Of a stretch of DNA of 12,980 nt, positions 5,362-12,905 are shown in pieces (position 1 is the first letter of the stretch; each line of letters begins with the position of its first letter). The notes below the pieces were generated by a model, which saw only the letters and a list, made by a program, of their open reading frames with translations, was not told where the DNA came from and made no database searches. The stretch lies in contig JAWOFX010000161.1 of assembly GCA_046497275.1 (NCBI GenBank), positions 1-12,980 on the forward strand. The letters run 5' to 3'. This DNA is from Promethearchaeia archaeon (GTDB taxonomy: Archaea > Asgardarchaeota > Lokiarchaeia > Sigyniarchaeales > SOKP01). The translations under genes and the position numbers were made by a program.

Positions 5362-7125
5362 TTAAGATTTAAAAGTCCATTTAACAGTATCTCCACTCTT
5401 AAGATTATATTTATTTGACGCAGTACTGACAGACTCTCCATTAATAAGATATATCCAATTTCCATCTTTATAATCAATACTTTCAATTAAGTATCCCGAT
5501 TCCCCATAATCTGTATATTCTACAACACACCATTTGTTTAAAGCATCAAAAGCGGTTGTTTCATAGTTATCCAATTCAAAATTTTCTTTGATCTTGATTG
5601 TTCCATTCCCATAATCAACAATTAAATCAATATCGCTGACATATTCTTCGGGAGTATTAATTTCAGGGGTGTTTATACTTGTAGCAAATATCAATAGTGA
5701 ACTAAAACTCGCAATAGCTATAATCGCAATTATCGCATATTTATTATACTCTTGGATGAAATTATTGTATTTCGAAGCAATTAAGATTGCTGAAAAAGAT
5801 ATCAATGAGATTGATCCTATTATCAGATATGGAAAAATTTCTTCTAAAAAATTTTTTGATGGTACTATATTATTTGATTTACTTAGATCTGGATCATAAC
5901 CCTCTATTACAAATTCCAATAGAAAATATGACAGAGATGTTTTAGAATACAATAATAGTCCTGTCTTTTTTTCATAAATCATTTCGTTCTTTTGGGAACC
6001 CTCATCTTGAGAAAAAGTTATTCTAATAGTCAGATTTGTTTCTTCAATATCAACATCCCCAGAAATAAATCCACTTTCTTCTTGTATAGCCAATTGTTTA
6101 ATTCTAGTTATATTATCCATCTCGGGTATAAGAAAACCAGATTGAAAATCATTATAACCAAGTATTAATGCAAAAGCTACTTCTTTATTAGATATGTTCA
6201 TCTGAGTGAAATTAAGATGAAGAGAACCTTCAGATATGTCATAAATTTTAATATCATAATATGGAATTTTCTCGGGAAAGACATCACCTGTATCATTTTC
6301 AAAACGATCAAAATACCCAGTAAAATTGATACTAATTAATCCTCCGGGACTTGTTTCATAATATCCTTTTGGATTATAATCATACCAATAAGCAGGTTGA
6401 TCTAAAAAATCATTTACGCTGTAATTAAATGTATTATTAAAATCTAGACTAAAATTTAGAGATGAAATTTCGAGTTCAAAACCGAAAGCATTGGTATATG
6501 CCCATACCAACAATCCACTTTTTTGCTCATAAATTAAGGAAGTTTTTTGAGAATTATCATCTGCTTTAAAATCTAAGGAAAAAAAATGATAAGATTTTTC
6601 GATGATCACGTCTCCTTTTACAAATCCTTCAGTTGCTTGTTCTGCATAGATTTCTGAAATTGTTAAGTTACTTATAGGTATTAAGAATCCTGGTTGAAAT
6701 GAATTATAACCAAGAATTAGATTTCTACTGATTTCGGTATTGGATCTATTAGATAACGTGAAATTAGTTTCAAGATTAGACTTCAGAATTTCAATATCCA
6801 TCCATGGAATAGGTTCTTCATAAGGAGTTGCATCATTAGGATGTTTATCGTAAAAGCCCGTTAAGTTTATTTTTATTTGTCCTCCCGATCCAGATTTAAA
6901 ATCACCCTCATAAGATGGTTCAGGATAGGCAGTCATATTATACCAACCAGCGGATCCACCAAATTTGGAGATATTATAAACATAGTGAGTATTTAGATTT
7001 AGGTTCTTATAATAATTTTCTGGAGTTTCTCCATTTGCTTGTACGAATATTCCATTAGAATTAAAAATTAATTGAAAAAATATTAAAAATAAAGTGAAAT
7101 ATAATAAATTTTCCTTATTTTTCAT
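5362..7125 (-). CDS. Cell-surface membrane protein: signal peptide, two tandem ~180-aa domains, two TM helices, C-terminal DUF4430 (transcobalamin-like) domain
   Basis: Signal peptide ending VQA; internal repeat (aa ~45-225 and ~230-410); TMs at aa ~430-450 and ~463-484; aa 499-587 match the DUF4430 pattern (LIVDYGNG, TAFDAL, YLIESI, WIYLING, LKSGDTVKW). Confidence 0.8.
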   Translation of the reverse strand: MKNKENLLYFTLFLIFFQLIFNSNGIFVQANGETPENYYKNLNLNTHYVYNISKFGGSAGWYNMTAYPEPSYEGDFKSGSGGQIKINLTGFYDKHPNDATPYEEPIPWMDIEILKSNLETNFTLSNRSNTEISRNLILGYNSFQPGFLIPISNLTISEIYAEQATEGFVKGDVIIEKSYHFFSLDFKADDNSQKTSLIYEQKSGLLVWAYTNAFGFELEISSLNFSLDFNNTFNYSVNDFLDQPAYWYDYNPKGYYETSPGGLISINFTGYFDRFENDTGDVFPEKIPYYDIKIYDISEGSLHLNFTQMNISNKEVAFALILGYNDFQSGFLIPEMDNITRIKQLAIQEESGFISGDVDIEETNLTIRITFSQDEGSQKNEMIYEKKTGLLLYSKTSLSYFLLEFVIEGYDPDLSKSNNIVPSKNFLEEIFPYLIIGSISLISFSAILIASKYNNFIQEYNKYAIIAIIAIASFSSLLIFATSINTPEINTPEEYVSDIDLIVDYGNGTIKIKENFELDNYETTAFDALNKWCVVEYTDYGESGYLIESIDYKDGNWIYLINGESVSTASNKYNLKSGDTVKWTFKS

Positions 7126-7153
7126 TTTACTAATAATTTTTCTAAGTCATTTT

Positions 7154-7173
7154 AATAGGCTAGATTACCTATT
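7154..7173. promoter_or_regulatory. Operator-like palindrome, copy 1 (AATAGG-N8-CCTATT)
   Basis: Perfect 6-bp inverted arms, and a 16/19 match to the second copy 61 bp away. It lies just downstream of a minus-strand TATA-like TTTATATA (7186-7179). Confidence 0.55.
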
Positions 7174-7215
7174 TTTTTTATATAAATTTAGGAATATTGA
7201 TTGATTTATAAATTT

Positions 7216-7234
7216 ATAGGTTAGATTTCCTAAT
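7216..7234. promoter_or_regulatory. Operator-like palindrome, copy 2 (ATAGG-N8-CCTAAT)
   Basis: ATAGGTTAGATTTCCTAAT versus ATAGGCTAGATTACCTATT of copy 1. It lies just downstream of TTTATAAA (7205-7212). Confidence 0.5.
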
Positions 7235-7546
7235 AACAAAAATAGAATATTTTCGGTAAATGATACTTAAAATATACTTAAGGTTGAATTAATATTAATT
7301 AGACTAATAGAATTATTATATACACTTTTAAAATTGTTAAACTTAATATTATACTAACCAATAAAAAAATTTTTTCTTAAACTTGAGGTTTTTTTTTGAA
7401 TCTGAAATTAAATAGCCACCAAAATATTCTTCTTATTTAAATTTATTATAATGGTTCGATTTCTCATATTTTTTAGTAAAAAGGATAATTTTAAAATAGT
7501 CTAAATTCTATTTATAAATATAAAATGTAAATCGGTCAACTTATCC

Positions 7547-7554
7547 TATAAATA
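7547..7554 (+). promoter_or_regulatory. Candidate TATA box for a leaderless ECF S-component transcript
   Basis: TATAAATA lies 25-32 nt upstream of ATG 7579, and there is no SD before the ATG. Confidence 0.35.
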
Positions 7555-7578
7555 TTTGTTCAAAAATAGAATATTATA

Positions 7579-8280
7579 ATGAGTATAGAAAACGATAATG
7601 AATTAACAACTAAAAACGGATACAGAGAATTAAAAGATAACTTTAAATCAATTAAAGCGGGAGAGAAAAGCCAAGAAACATCAGATATATACGAAGATGA
7701 GAATCATGTTCATTCAGTATGGCTAGAAAAATACTCATTTCGGATTGCCTTACTGAGTATGTTTACAGCGTTTAGTGTTGTCTTAGCTTATATCTTAGCA
7801 TCAATCCCAAATATCGAATTGTTCACCTTATCAATCTTCTTAGGGGGGTATATAATGGGGAAAAAAGAAGGAGTGGTAATTGGCTCATTAAGCGCCCTAA
7901 TTTTCGTATTTTTTAATCCATGGGGGGTATCACCACTTCCCTTGATAAGTTATCAAATACTTCATTACGCTCTTACAGGATTAGCAGGAGCATTAACACA
8001 TGATTTTCTGAAGGAAAAGTCTTATTATCGTCCACAAAATGATTTATATACATTACCTCTTATGAGTTTATTTGGATTTATAGGATTACTCATTACTCTT
8101 TCGTTTGATTTAATAACATCTATAATTGGTGTAGTTATTGCTTATGGAACATTAGATGCATTTTTCTTATATTTTCTTAGCGGAATTGTTTTTACAACGG
8201 TTCATGAAATAGGAAATACCTTAGGATTCATATTCATCTTACCGGGTTTGATCCAGCTCGTTTATAAAATGCTCCATTAA
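7579..8280 (+). CDS. ECF transporter substrate-binding S component, CbrT-like (probably cobalamin/corrinoid)
   Basis: Hydrophobic multi-TM core with S-component hallmarks: IALLSMFTAFSVV, IPNIE, GYIMGKKEGVVIG, NPWG. About 50-aa hydrophilic N-terminal extension. Substrate is inferred from the PN motif and the DUF4430 neighbour. Confidence 0.8.
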   Translation: MSIENDNELTTKNGYRELKDNFKSIKAGEKSQETSDIYEDENHVHSVWLEKYSFRIALLSMFTAFSVVLAYILASIPNIELFTLSIFLGGYIMGKKEGVVIGSLSALIFVFFNPWGVSPLPLISYQILHYALTGLAGALTHDFLKEKSYYRPQNDLYTLPLMSLFGFIGLLITLSFDLITSIIGVVIAYGTLDAFFLYFLSGIVFTTVHEIGNTLGFIFILPGLIQLVYKMLH

Positions 8281-8378
8281 GTAAAACATTCTTAATTTGG
8301 AGAATAAAGTAAGATAGAATTGAAATAAAAAGAGAAAACTCATTAAAATTAGATTATTAAAAAATAAGATTCAAACAA

Positions 8379-8867
8379 TTATTCTTGCTCTTCTGAATAA
8401 AGAAAATTAACTTTTCCTCCAGCATCCTCGATTTTCTGAATAGCATTCTTAGAGGCTTTTTTAACAGTCAAATTTACTTTTTTGTTAATTTGTCCCTTCC
8501 CCAATACTTTTTGGATATTCATATCAACTAAATTAATCGAATATGTATCTCCAGATTTTGTTGCTTTTTCTTGTTGTACTAGATCTTCAAGTTTTAAATC
8601 TATATCCTTAACATTAATCGTGTTTACTTTTGAGAGACGAACTATATCCTGTGGGCGTTTAAACCCTGTTTTTCCTATTATCCAGTCGGGATCTGGAAAA
8701 CCTAATTCTTTTTGTTTGAGATAATAACTTTTTTTGCTTTTTTTCCACTGTGTGGTTTTTCCTCTTCCAGCCCGTTGACCAGTCCCTCTGTGTTGCCCAA
8801 CACGACCATATCCAAAAGTTCTTTTCCCTCTTTGCTTTTTAGTCTTTTTTTTGTGTTTCCTTGTCAT
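8379..8867 (-). CDS. rpl15: 50S ribosomal protein uL15
   Basis: RGKRTFGYGRVGQHRG, GKTGF, KVLGKG and ASKNAIQKIEDAGGKV motifs; position after uL30. Confidence 0.97.
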   Translation of the reverse strand: MTRKHKKKTKKQRGKRTFGYGRVGQHRGTGQRAGRGKTTQWKKSKKSYYLKQKELGFPDPDWIIGKTGFKRPQDIVRLSKVNTINVKDIDLKLEDLVQQEKATKSGDTYSINLVDMNIQKVLGKGQINKKVNLTVKKASKNAIQKIEDAGGKVNFLYSEEQE

Positions 8868-8880
8868 CTAGATTCCCTCT

Positions 8881-9405
8881 TTATACCATTCTATAAATTA
8901 ATTCATTAATATAATTTCCAACATATCCCAGCGTTCCACCCTCATTAAAAGCTTTTTTAATTGAGCCTCGATGTCCTTTGATGGGAGGGTGCAATCGAAA
9001 TACGGGTTTGACCTTATAAAGGTGATCAGTATTATATTTTATTTTACCACTATGTAAATCCTTAGCGAATTCCTTAATAGTTTTATAATCTGTAAGATTT
9101 TTAATATAATCATCCGTGAGGTGTTTATTCCCTTCTGCCCTTCCTCGCACACGTAATAATCTAACCAATGTTTTTTCATCAATCTCCCCAAATGCTATAA
9201 AATCTTTCACTTTTTTTAGCATTCCTACAACACTCTTTGTGCCCCATAATAAAACTCCGTGATTTACTTTATGCATTCGTAACATTTTAAGCGTGTCATC
9301 TAATTTTTTGCTCATCCCGGGGCTTCCTCTTATACGGATTGCAAAGTATAATTTTGGTTCCTCAATTTGTTCCAACTTTAATTTCTTTTTACTCATATTT
9401 GCCAT
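8881..9405 (-). CDS. rpl30: 50S ribosomal protein uL30 (long archaeal form)
   Basis: AIRIRG, TLKMLRMHKVN, FRLHPPIKG and GYVGNYINELIYRM. ATG 9405 is preferred (8 nt after SD GGTGG at 9418-9414); the track starts at GTG 9420. Confidence 0.96.
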   Translation of the reverse strand: MANMSKKKLKLEQIEEPKLYFAIRIRGSPGMSKKLDDTLKMLRMHKVNHGVLLWGTKSVVGMLKKVKDFIAFGEIDEKTLVRLLRVRGRAEGNKHLTDDYIKNLTDYKTIKEFAKDLHSGKIKYNTDHLYKVKPVFRLHPPIKGHRGSIKKAFNEGGTLGYVGNYINELIYRMV

Positions 9406-9424
9406 AACCATATCCACCACTCAA

Positions 9425-10039
9425 TTAAACATTAAAAGCATATTTATGTGCATTTTTTAAGGCATTAATAGTTGCCTTAACTAGATTTTCACTCGTTCGA
9501 GTATCTCCAAAAGTTTTACTCCAAATGTCTTCTATTCCTGCTAATCTTAACACTTGTTTCACAGTATCCGCAACGGCGAGACCGACACCTTGCGGGGCGG
9601 GAATTAATTGGATTTTTACTGATCCTGTTTTTCCCTCGACTCTGAAGGGTATACTATGAGTTCCTCCACAACCACATTCTCTGCTTCCGCAACCTCTTAA
9701 AACTGGAAATATATTTAATTTCGCTTTCCCAATTGCTTTTCGAATTGCAGGACCAACTTCTTTACTTTTTGCTGAAGCTACTCCTAAAAATCCTTCTGCG
9801 CCAACAATCACAACTGCCTTAAATCTTGATTTTTGACCGCTTTGAGTCATCTGCTGAACCATTTTGATTGTTATTACATCTTCTTGAAGTTGTGGAAGTA
9901 GCGCATCAACTATTTGTTGTTCTTTAACAACAAGATTTTGTTGGAATATTTTATCCAATGTAATTAATCCCTGCTGTACGAGATCTCCTAATTTGGTCCT
10001 TGGAACCCATGCCTCTTCGTTATCTCGTCTTCTAGACAC
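9425..10039 (-). CDS. rps5: 30S ribosomal protein uS5
   Basis: WVPRTKLG, AIRKAI, GCGS.EC.C, LIPAPQGVGL and AGIEDIW; GTG start with SD AGGTGA. Confidence 0.98.
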   Translation of the reverse strand: MSRRRDNEEAWVPRTKLGDLVQQGLITLDKIFQQNLVVKEQQIVDALLPQLQEDVITIKMVQQMTQSGQKSRFKAVVIVGAEGFLGVASAKSKEVGPAIRKAIGKAKLNIFPVLRGCGSRECGCGGTHSIPFRVEGKTGSVKIQLIPAPQGVGLAVADTVKQVLRLAGIEDIWSKTFGDTRTSENLVKATINALKNAHKYAFNV

Positions 10040-10050
10040 TTTTTTTCACC

Positions 10051-10641
10051 TTATACATTGCTCTCAATCTTTTTTAAAGTTTTATTAAATATATCAGTGA
10101 ATTTTTGCGGATTTATCTTAGATTTTAAATATCCAGAAAATATTTGTTCATATTGTTCTGAATCTTCTTTTTTTAGAAATCGAGCATAATTCTCAATATG
10201 GGAACCATCAATCCTCTCTTCTAAGCTCCCTGTGAAAAATTCATCACGGTGAGGAAGGATTATTTCAGCATCGAGAATCCCCTTAAAAGCAGCAAGTACT
10301 CGATTACGATGGTATAAAAGGCCGAGATCAAGAATTGCCTCTTCAATTCCTTCCTTTTTCGCTCGTAAGCCAGCTAAATATCCTGTTAAATACGCTGCTG
10401 GAATATTTCCAGTATTTGCTTCCCATTCAAAGTCTTTAAGTAATTCTTTAGAATGTGCGGATGCTAATACTTTATCTCCACCCATCTTTGATTGAATTAT
10501 TTGAACAATTATATGATTTTCAGAGGCACGAATCACAGCTCGTAGTTTTCGTGACTTAATTAATTTTAAACGTCTATGATAATTCGTTTTACCTTCTGCT
10601 CTTCTTCTTAAAGGTTTTCTATATCGTGGTCCTTTTGCCAT
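10051..10641 (-). CDS. rpl18: 50S ribosomal protein uL18
   Basis: MAKGPRY, RRAEGKTNY and NIPAAYLTGYLAG; its start overlaps the eL19 stop (TAATG). Confidence 0.98.
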   Translation of the reverse strand: MAKGPRYRKPLRRRAEGKTNYHRRLKLIKSRKLRAVIRASENHIIVQIIQSKMGGDKVLASAHSKELLKDFEWEANTGNIPAAYLTGYLAGLRAKKEGIEEAILDLGLLYHRNRVLAAFKGILDAEIILPHRDEFFTGSLEERIDGSHIENYARFLKKEDSEQYEQIFSGYLKSKINPQKFTDIFNKTLKKIESNV

Positions 10642-11096
10642 TATCGTCCTCTCCTTATCATTTCGTTTTCCTTAATATATCTATTTAAATGTGTTACGGA
10701 GTCAAACATACCTCCTTTCGCATTTTTATACAACTTGCGATAGGTTGATTTTGTTATTAATTTCCGATCTCGTAATTTTTTAAGTTCTTTTCGGATAGGT
10801 CGGATTTTTTTAATCCACGCTTGTTTTTTTGGAGTTCGTGCTCCTTTCTTTCCTTTGCGCTTCCCTAATCCTCGAGCCCTACCTTTTTTCTTGCGTTCAT
10901 GTCTCTCCTTTTTGCGAAAATTTGAGATTCCCTTTTCATATTTTTTACGAATGACACCTTCATTAATTAAATTACGAATATCCTCTCGAGTAATTGCCAT
11001 TTTTATTTCATCTATTAAATATGGATCGAAATATACCCGATTCTCTCCGCAGTTTAATATTTCTGCGGCCATTCGTTTTTGAGCGTTAAGATTCAT
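10641..11096 (-). CDS. rpl19e: 50S ribosomal protein eL19
   Basis: QKRMAAEILNCGENRV, AITREDIRNLI, GKRKGKKGAR and YRKLYKNAKGG. Confidence 0.98.
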   Translation of the reverse strand: MNLNAQKRMAAEILNCGENRVYFDPYLIDEIKMAITREDIRNLINEGVIRKKYEKGISNFRKKERHERKKKGRARGLGKRKGKKGARTPKKQAWIKKIRPIRKELKKLRDRKLITKSTYRKLYKNAKGGMFDSVTHLNRYIKENEMIRRGR

Positions 11097-11135
11097 TTTT
11101 ATTACCTTTATTGCTATTTTTATGCGTATTCATAA

Positions 11136-11633
11136 TTAATAATCAAAATCTTCTAAATCTTCTAATTCCTCTTCATCTAATAACTCTTCGTCAGATAACT
11201 CTGGAACGCTTGTTTCTAACATTTTTTCAAGCTCTTCCAATTCTCTTTGAGAGATTCCAAGATTCAATATTTTAAACCCTCTTTTCTGAGCATAATCGAT
11301 TAAAGGGATCCGCTTCCTTGCCCCTAGTCGACTAGAAATTTTTATCGCATGCTGTTTAGGATTTAATCCTTCTAAGTCTTTTTTGGTTATTACACGTACT
11401 TCCTCATACCCAGAGGGATGTAATCCTCTAACCTCTTTCGGAGTACGATATCCAACATTCGGAGATTTTACGCCCGATTTTGTTTTTTTCCTTGTTTGTG
11501 AATCTATACCTCGGGCTTTCCTCCATGAGTCTTTCACTCTTTTATAGCGCCAAGACTCTACTCTTCTGAACTTAGGGCGCTTTTTCTTCATTTTCTTCCG
11601 AAGTTCCATTAAACTTTCTTTTTTTCGTGTCAT
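11136..11633 (-). CDS. rpl32e: 50S ribosomal protein eL32 with an acidic C-terminal extension
   Basis: RPKFRR, WRKARGIDS, GYRTPKEVRGLHPSGY and KILN, followed by a ~35-aa Asp/Glu-rich tail. Confidence 0.97.
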   Translation of the reverse strand: MTRKKESLMELRKKMKKKRPKFRRVESWRYKRVKDSWRKARGIDSQTRKKTKSGVKSPNVGYRTPKEVRGLHPSGYEEVRVITKKDLEGLNPKQHAIKISSRLGARKRIPLIDYAQKRGFKILNLGISQRELEELEKMLETSVPELSDEELLDEEELEDLEDFDY

Positions 11634-11656
11634 AAATTATCTCCAATTAGCGTTAA

Positions 11657-12241
11657 TTATTTGATTTGCCATAATATTTCATCCCCATGTAAGATTTTAT
11701 ATAAATAAACTCCATCCTGGAAGACTCGGGGATCTTTCTTTTTAATACGACAAACCTTTTTCAAATCTGCCGCTGTTTGTCCTAATACTTCCTTGTCAGC
11801 ACCAGAGAGTGCTACGTCGTCTTCCTTCACATCCACTTTTACTTTCTTTGGATTATATTTTATTACTCGAGGTGCTCGTTCACCAAGAAAATTAATCACA
11901 TGTATTTCTTGTTTATTTGGTTTCGCTTCCACATTAAATGGAAAGTGGCTGTAACATATTTTTGAAACATATGAATAATTTTTCAGAACACCTTCAATTA
12001 AATTATTAATAAGATTGATGATGGTATTCGCAAGCGCGAGCGTTGGCCCACGTGGAAAATTTGCTGTAAATACCAGTTTATTATCTTCCTTTGATACATG
12101 AATACCTCTAATATGAGAAAAATCCTTCGTGATCGGTCCTCCCTCTGGACCTTTAACTGTAATATGATGATTCCCTTCTAATGTGATCTCAACATCTTCG
12201 GGAATTGTTAGTTCTTCTCTAAAAAATGCTTGTTTTACCAT
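11657..12241 (-). CDS. rpl6: 50S ribosomal protein uL6
   Basis: IPEDV, VKGPEG, YSHFP, NFLGERAPR and KDPRVFQDGVY. Confidence 0.98.
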   Translation of the reverse strand: MVKQAFFREELTIPEDVEITLEGNHHITVKGPEGGPITKDFSHIRGIHVSKEDNKLVFTANFPRGPTLALANTIINLINNLIEGVLKNYSYVSKICYSHFPFNVEAKPNKQEIHVINFLGERAPRVIKYNPKKVKVDVKEDDVALSGADKEVLGQTAADLKKVCRIKKKDPRVFQDGVYLYKILHGDEILWQIK

Positions 12242-12262
12242 TTATTATCCACCTTTTTTCAA

Positions 12263-12646
12263 TTAATATACATAACAGAGTGCAATTCCACCGATCCCTT
12301 TCTCCTCTGCTTCTTCCATTGTCATTATTCCTTCATTTGTTGTTAATACTATTATTCCTAATCCAGGCGCCGGAAGTAAGCGTCTTTCAAGTGCCTCAAA
12401 CTGATCAAATTTGTAATTTAATCGTAAGAGCGCCTCGCATTGATTTATCCTTCCCAATAGCGCTATTTTGAACTTTCCTTGGCGGCCGTCATCGTAGCGT
12501 TCAAACTCACCCACATAAGCGTGTTGTTGGAAGATTCTAAGTACACGTTGAACTAGTTTGGACGCAGGGCTCACAATAACCTCTTTTTGACGCGCTCGTT
12601 CCGCATTTTTTATTTGAACCATACAATCTGCTAGTGTATTTACCAA
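12263..12646 (-). CDS. rps8: 30S ribosomal protein uS8
   Basis: LADCMVQIKNAE, YVGEFE, DGRQG, LPA, TTNEGIMT and AEEKGIGG. TTG start; in-frame TGA three codons upstream. Confidence 0.97.
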   Translation of the reverse strand: MVNTLADCMVQIKNAERARQKEVIVSPASKLVQRVLRIFQQHAYVGEFERYDDGRQGKFKIALLGRINQCEALLRLNYKFDQFEALERRLLPAPGLGIIVLTTNEGIMTMEEAEEKGIGGIALCYVY

Positions 12647-12692
12647 TTCATCTCACTACTTTAATTTTTTTTAATATTAATATTAATTTTCA

Positions 12693-12842
12693 TTATTCAT
12701 ATCGCTTAAATCCTATATCATCCGCGATCTCGTAAAAACATCGTCTACAGATGTTTAACCCATATCTACGAATGATACCTCGATGGGTCCCACATCTGCG
12801 ACAAACTCTCTGCCCTTTTCCTTTATTACCACCTTGGGGCAC
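12693..12842 (-). CDS. rps14: 30S ribosomal protein uS14 (zinc-binding type), 49 aa, missing from the ORF track
   Basis: Manual translation from GTG: [49 protein letters not shown]. Two CxxC motifs; SD AGGTGA; canonical position between uL5 and uS8. Confidence 0.97.
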   Translation of the reverse strand: MPQGGNKGKGQRVCRRCGTHRGIIRRYGLNICRRCFYEIADDIGFKRYE

Positions 12843-12905
12843 TTTTTTTCACCTAATAGTTGTAATATTTTATTTTATATTATTTTTTTTAATTCTCTAA
12901 TTAAT

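Noticed and set aside
5644-5676. INTPE-INTPE peptide duplication
   Set aside because: A short degenerate linker duplication with diverged codons; no independent significance.
5298-5899. ORFs 5298-5486 (minus) and 5669-5899 (plus)
   Set aside because: They overlap the well-supported DUF4430 gene out of frame or antisense.
7126-7578. Cobalamin riboswitch upstream of the ECF or DUF4430 genes
   Set aside because: The region is extremely AT-rich, with no B12-box-like motif or GC-rich stems on either strand.
9660-9700. Cys-rich GCGSRECGCGGTH segment in uS5
   Set aside because: This Cys cluster is normal in archaeal uS5; the Arg in place of the usual Trp is too small a change to interpret.
8482-12471. 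Plus-strand ORFs 8482-8724, 8712-8909, 10855-11082 and 12226-12471
   Set aside because: Antisense shadows of ribosomal protein genes.
12671-12686. Perfect palindrome TTAATATTAATATTAA (and AATTAATATTAATT at 7287-7300)
   Set aside because: A/T-only low-complexity sequence, expected by chance at this composition.
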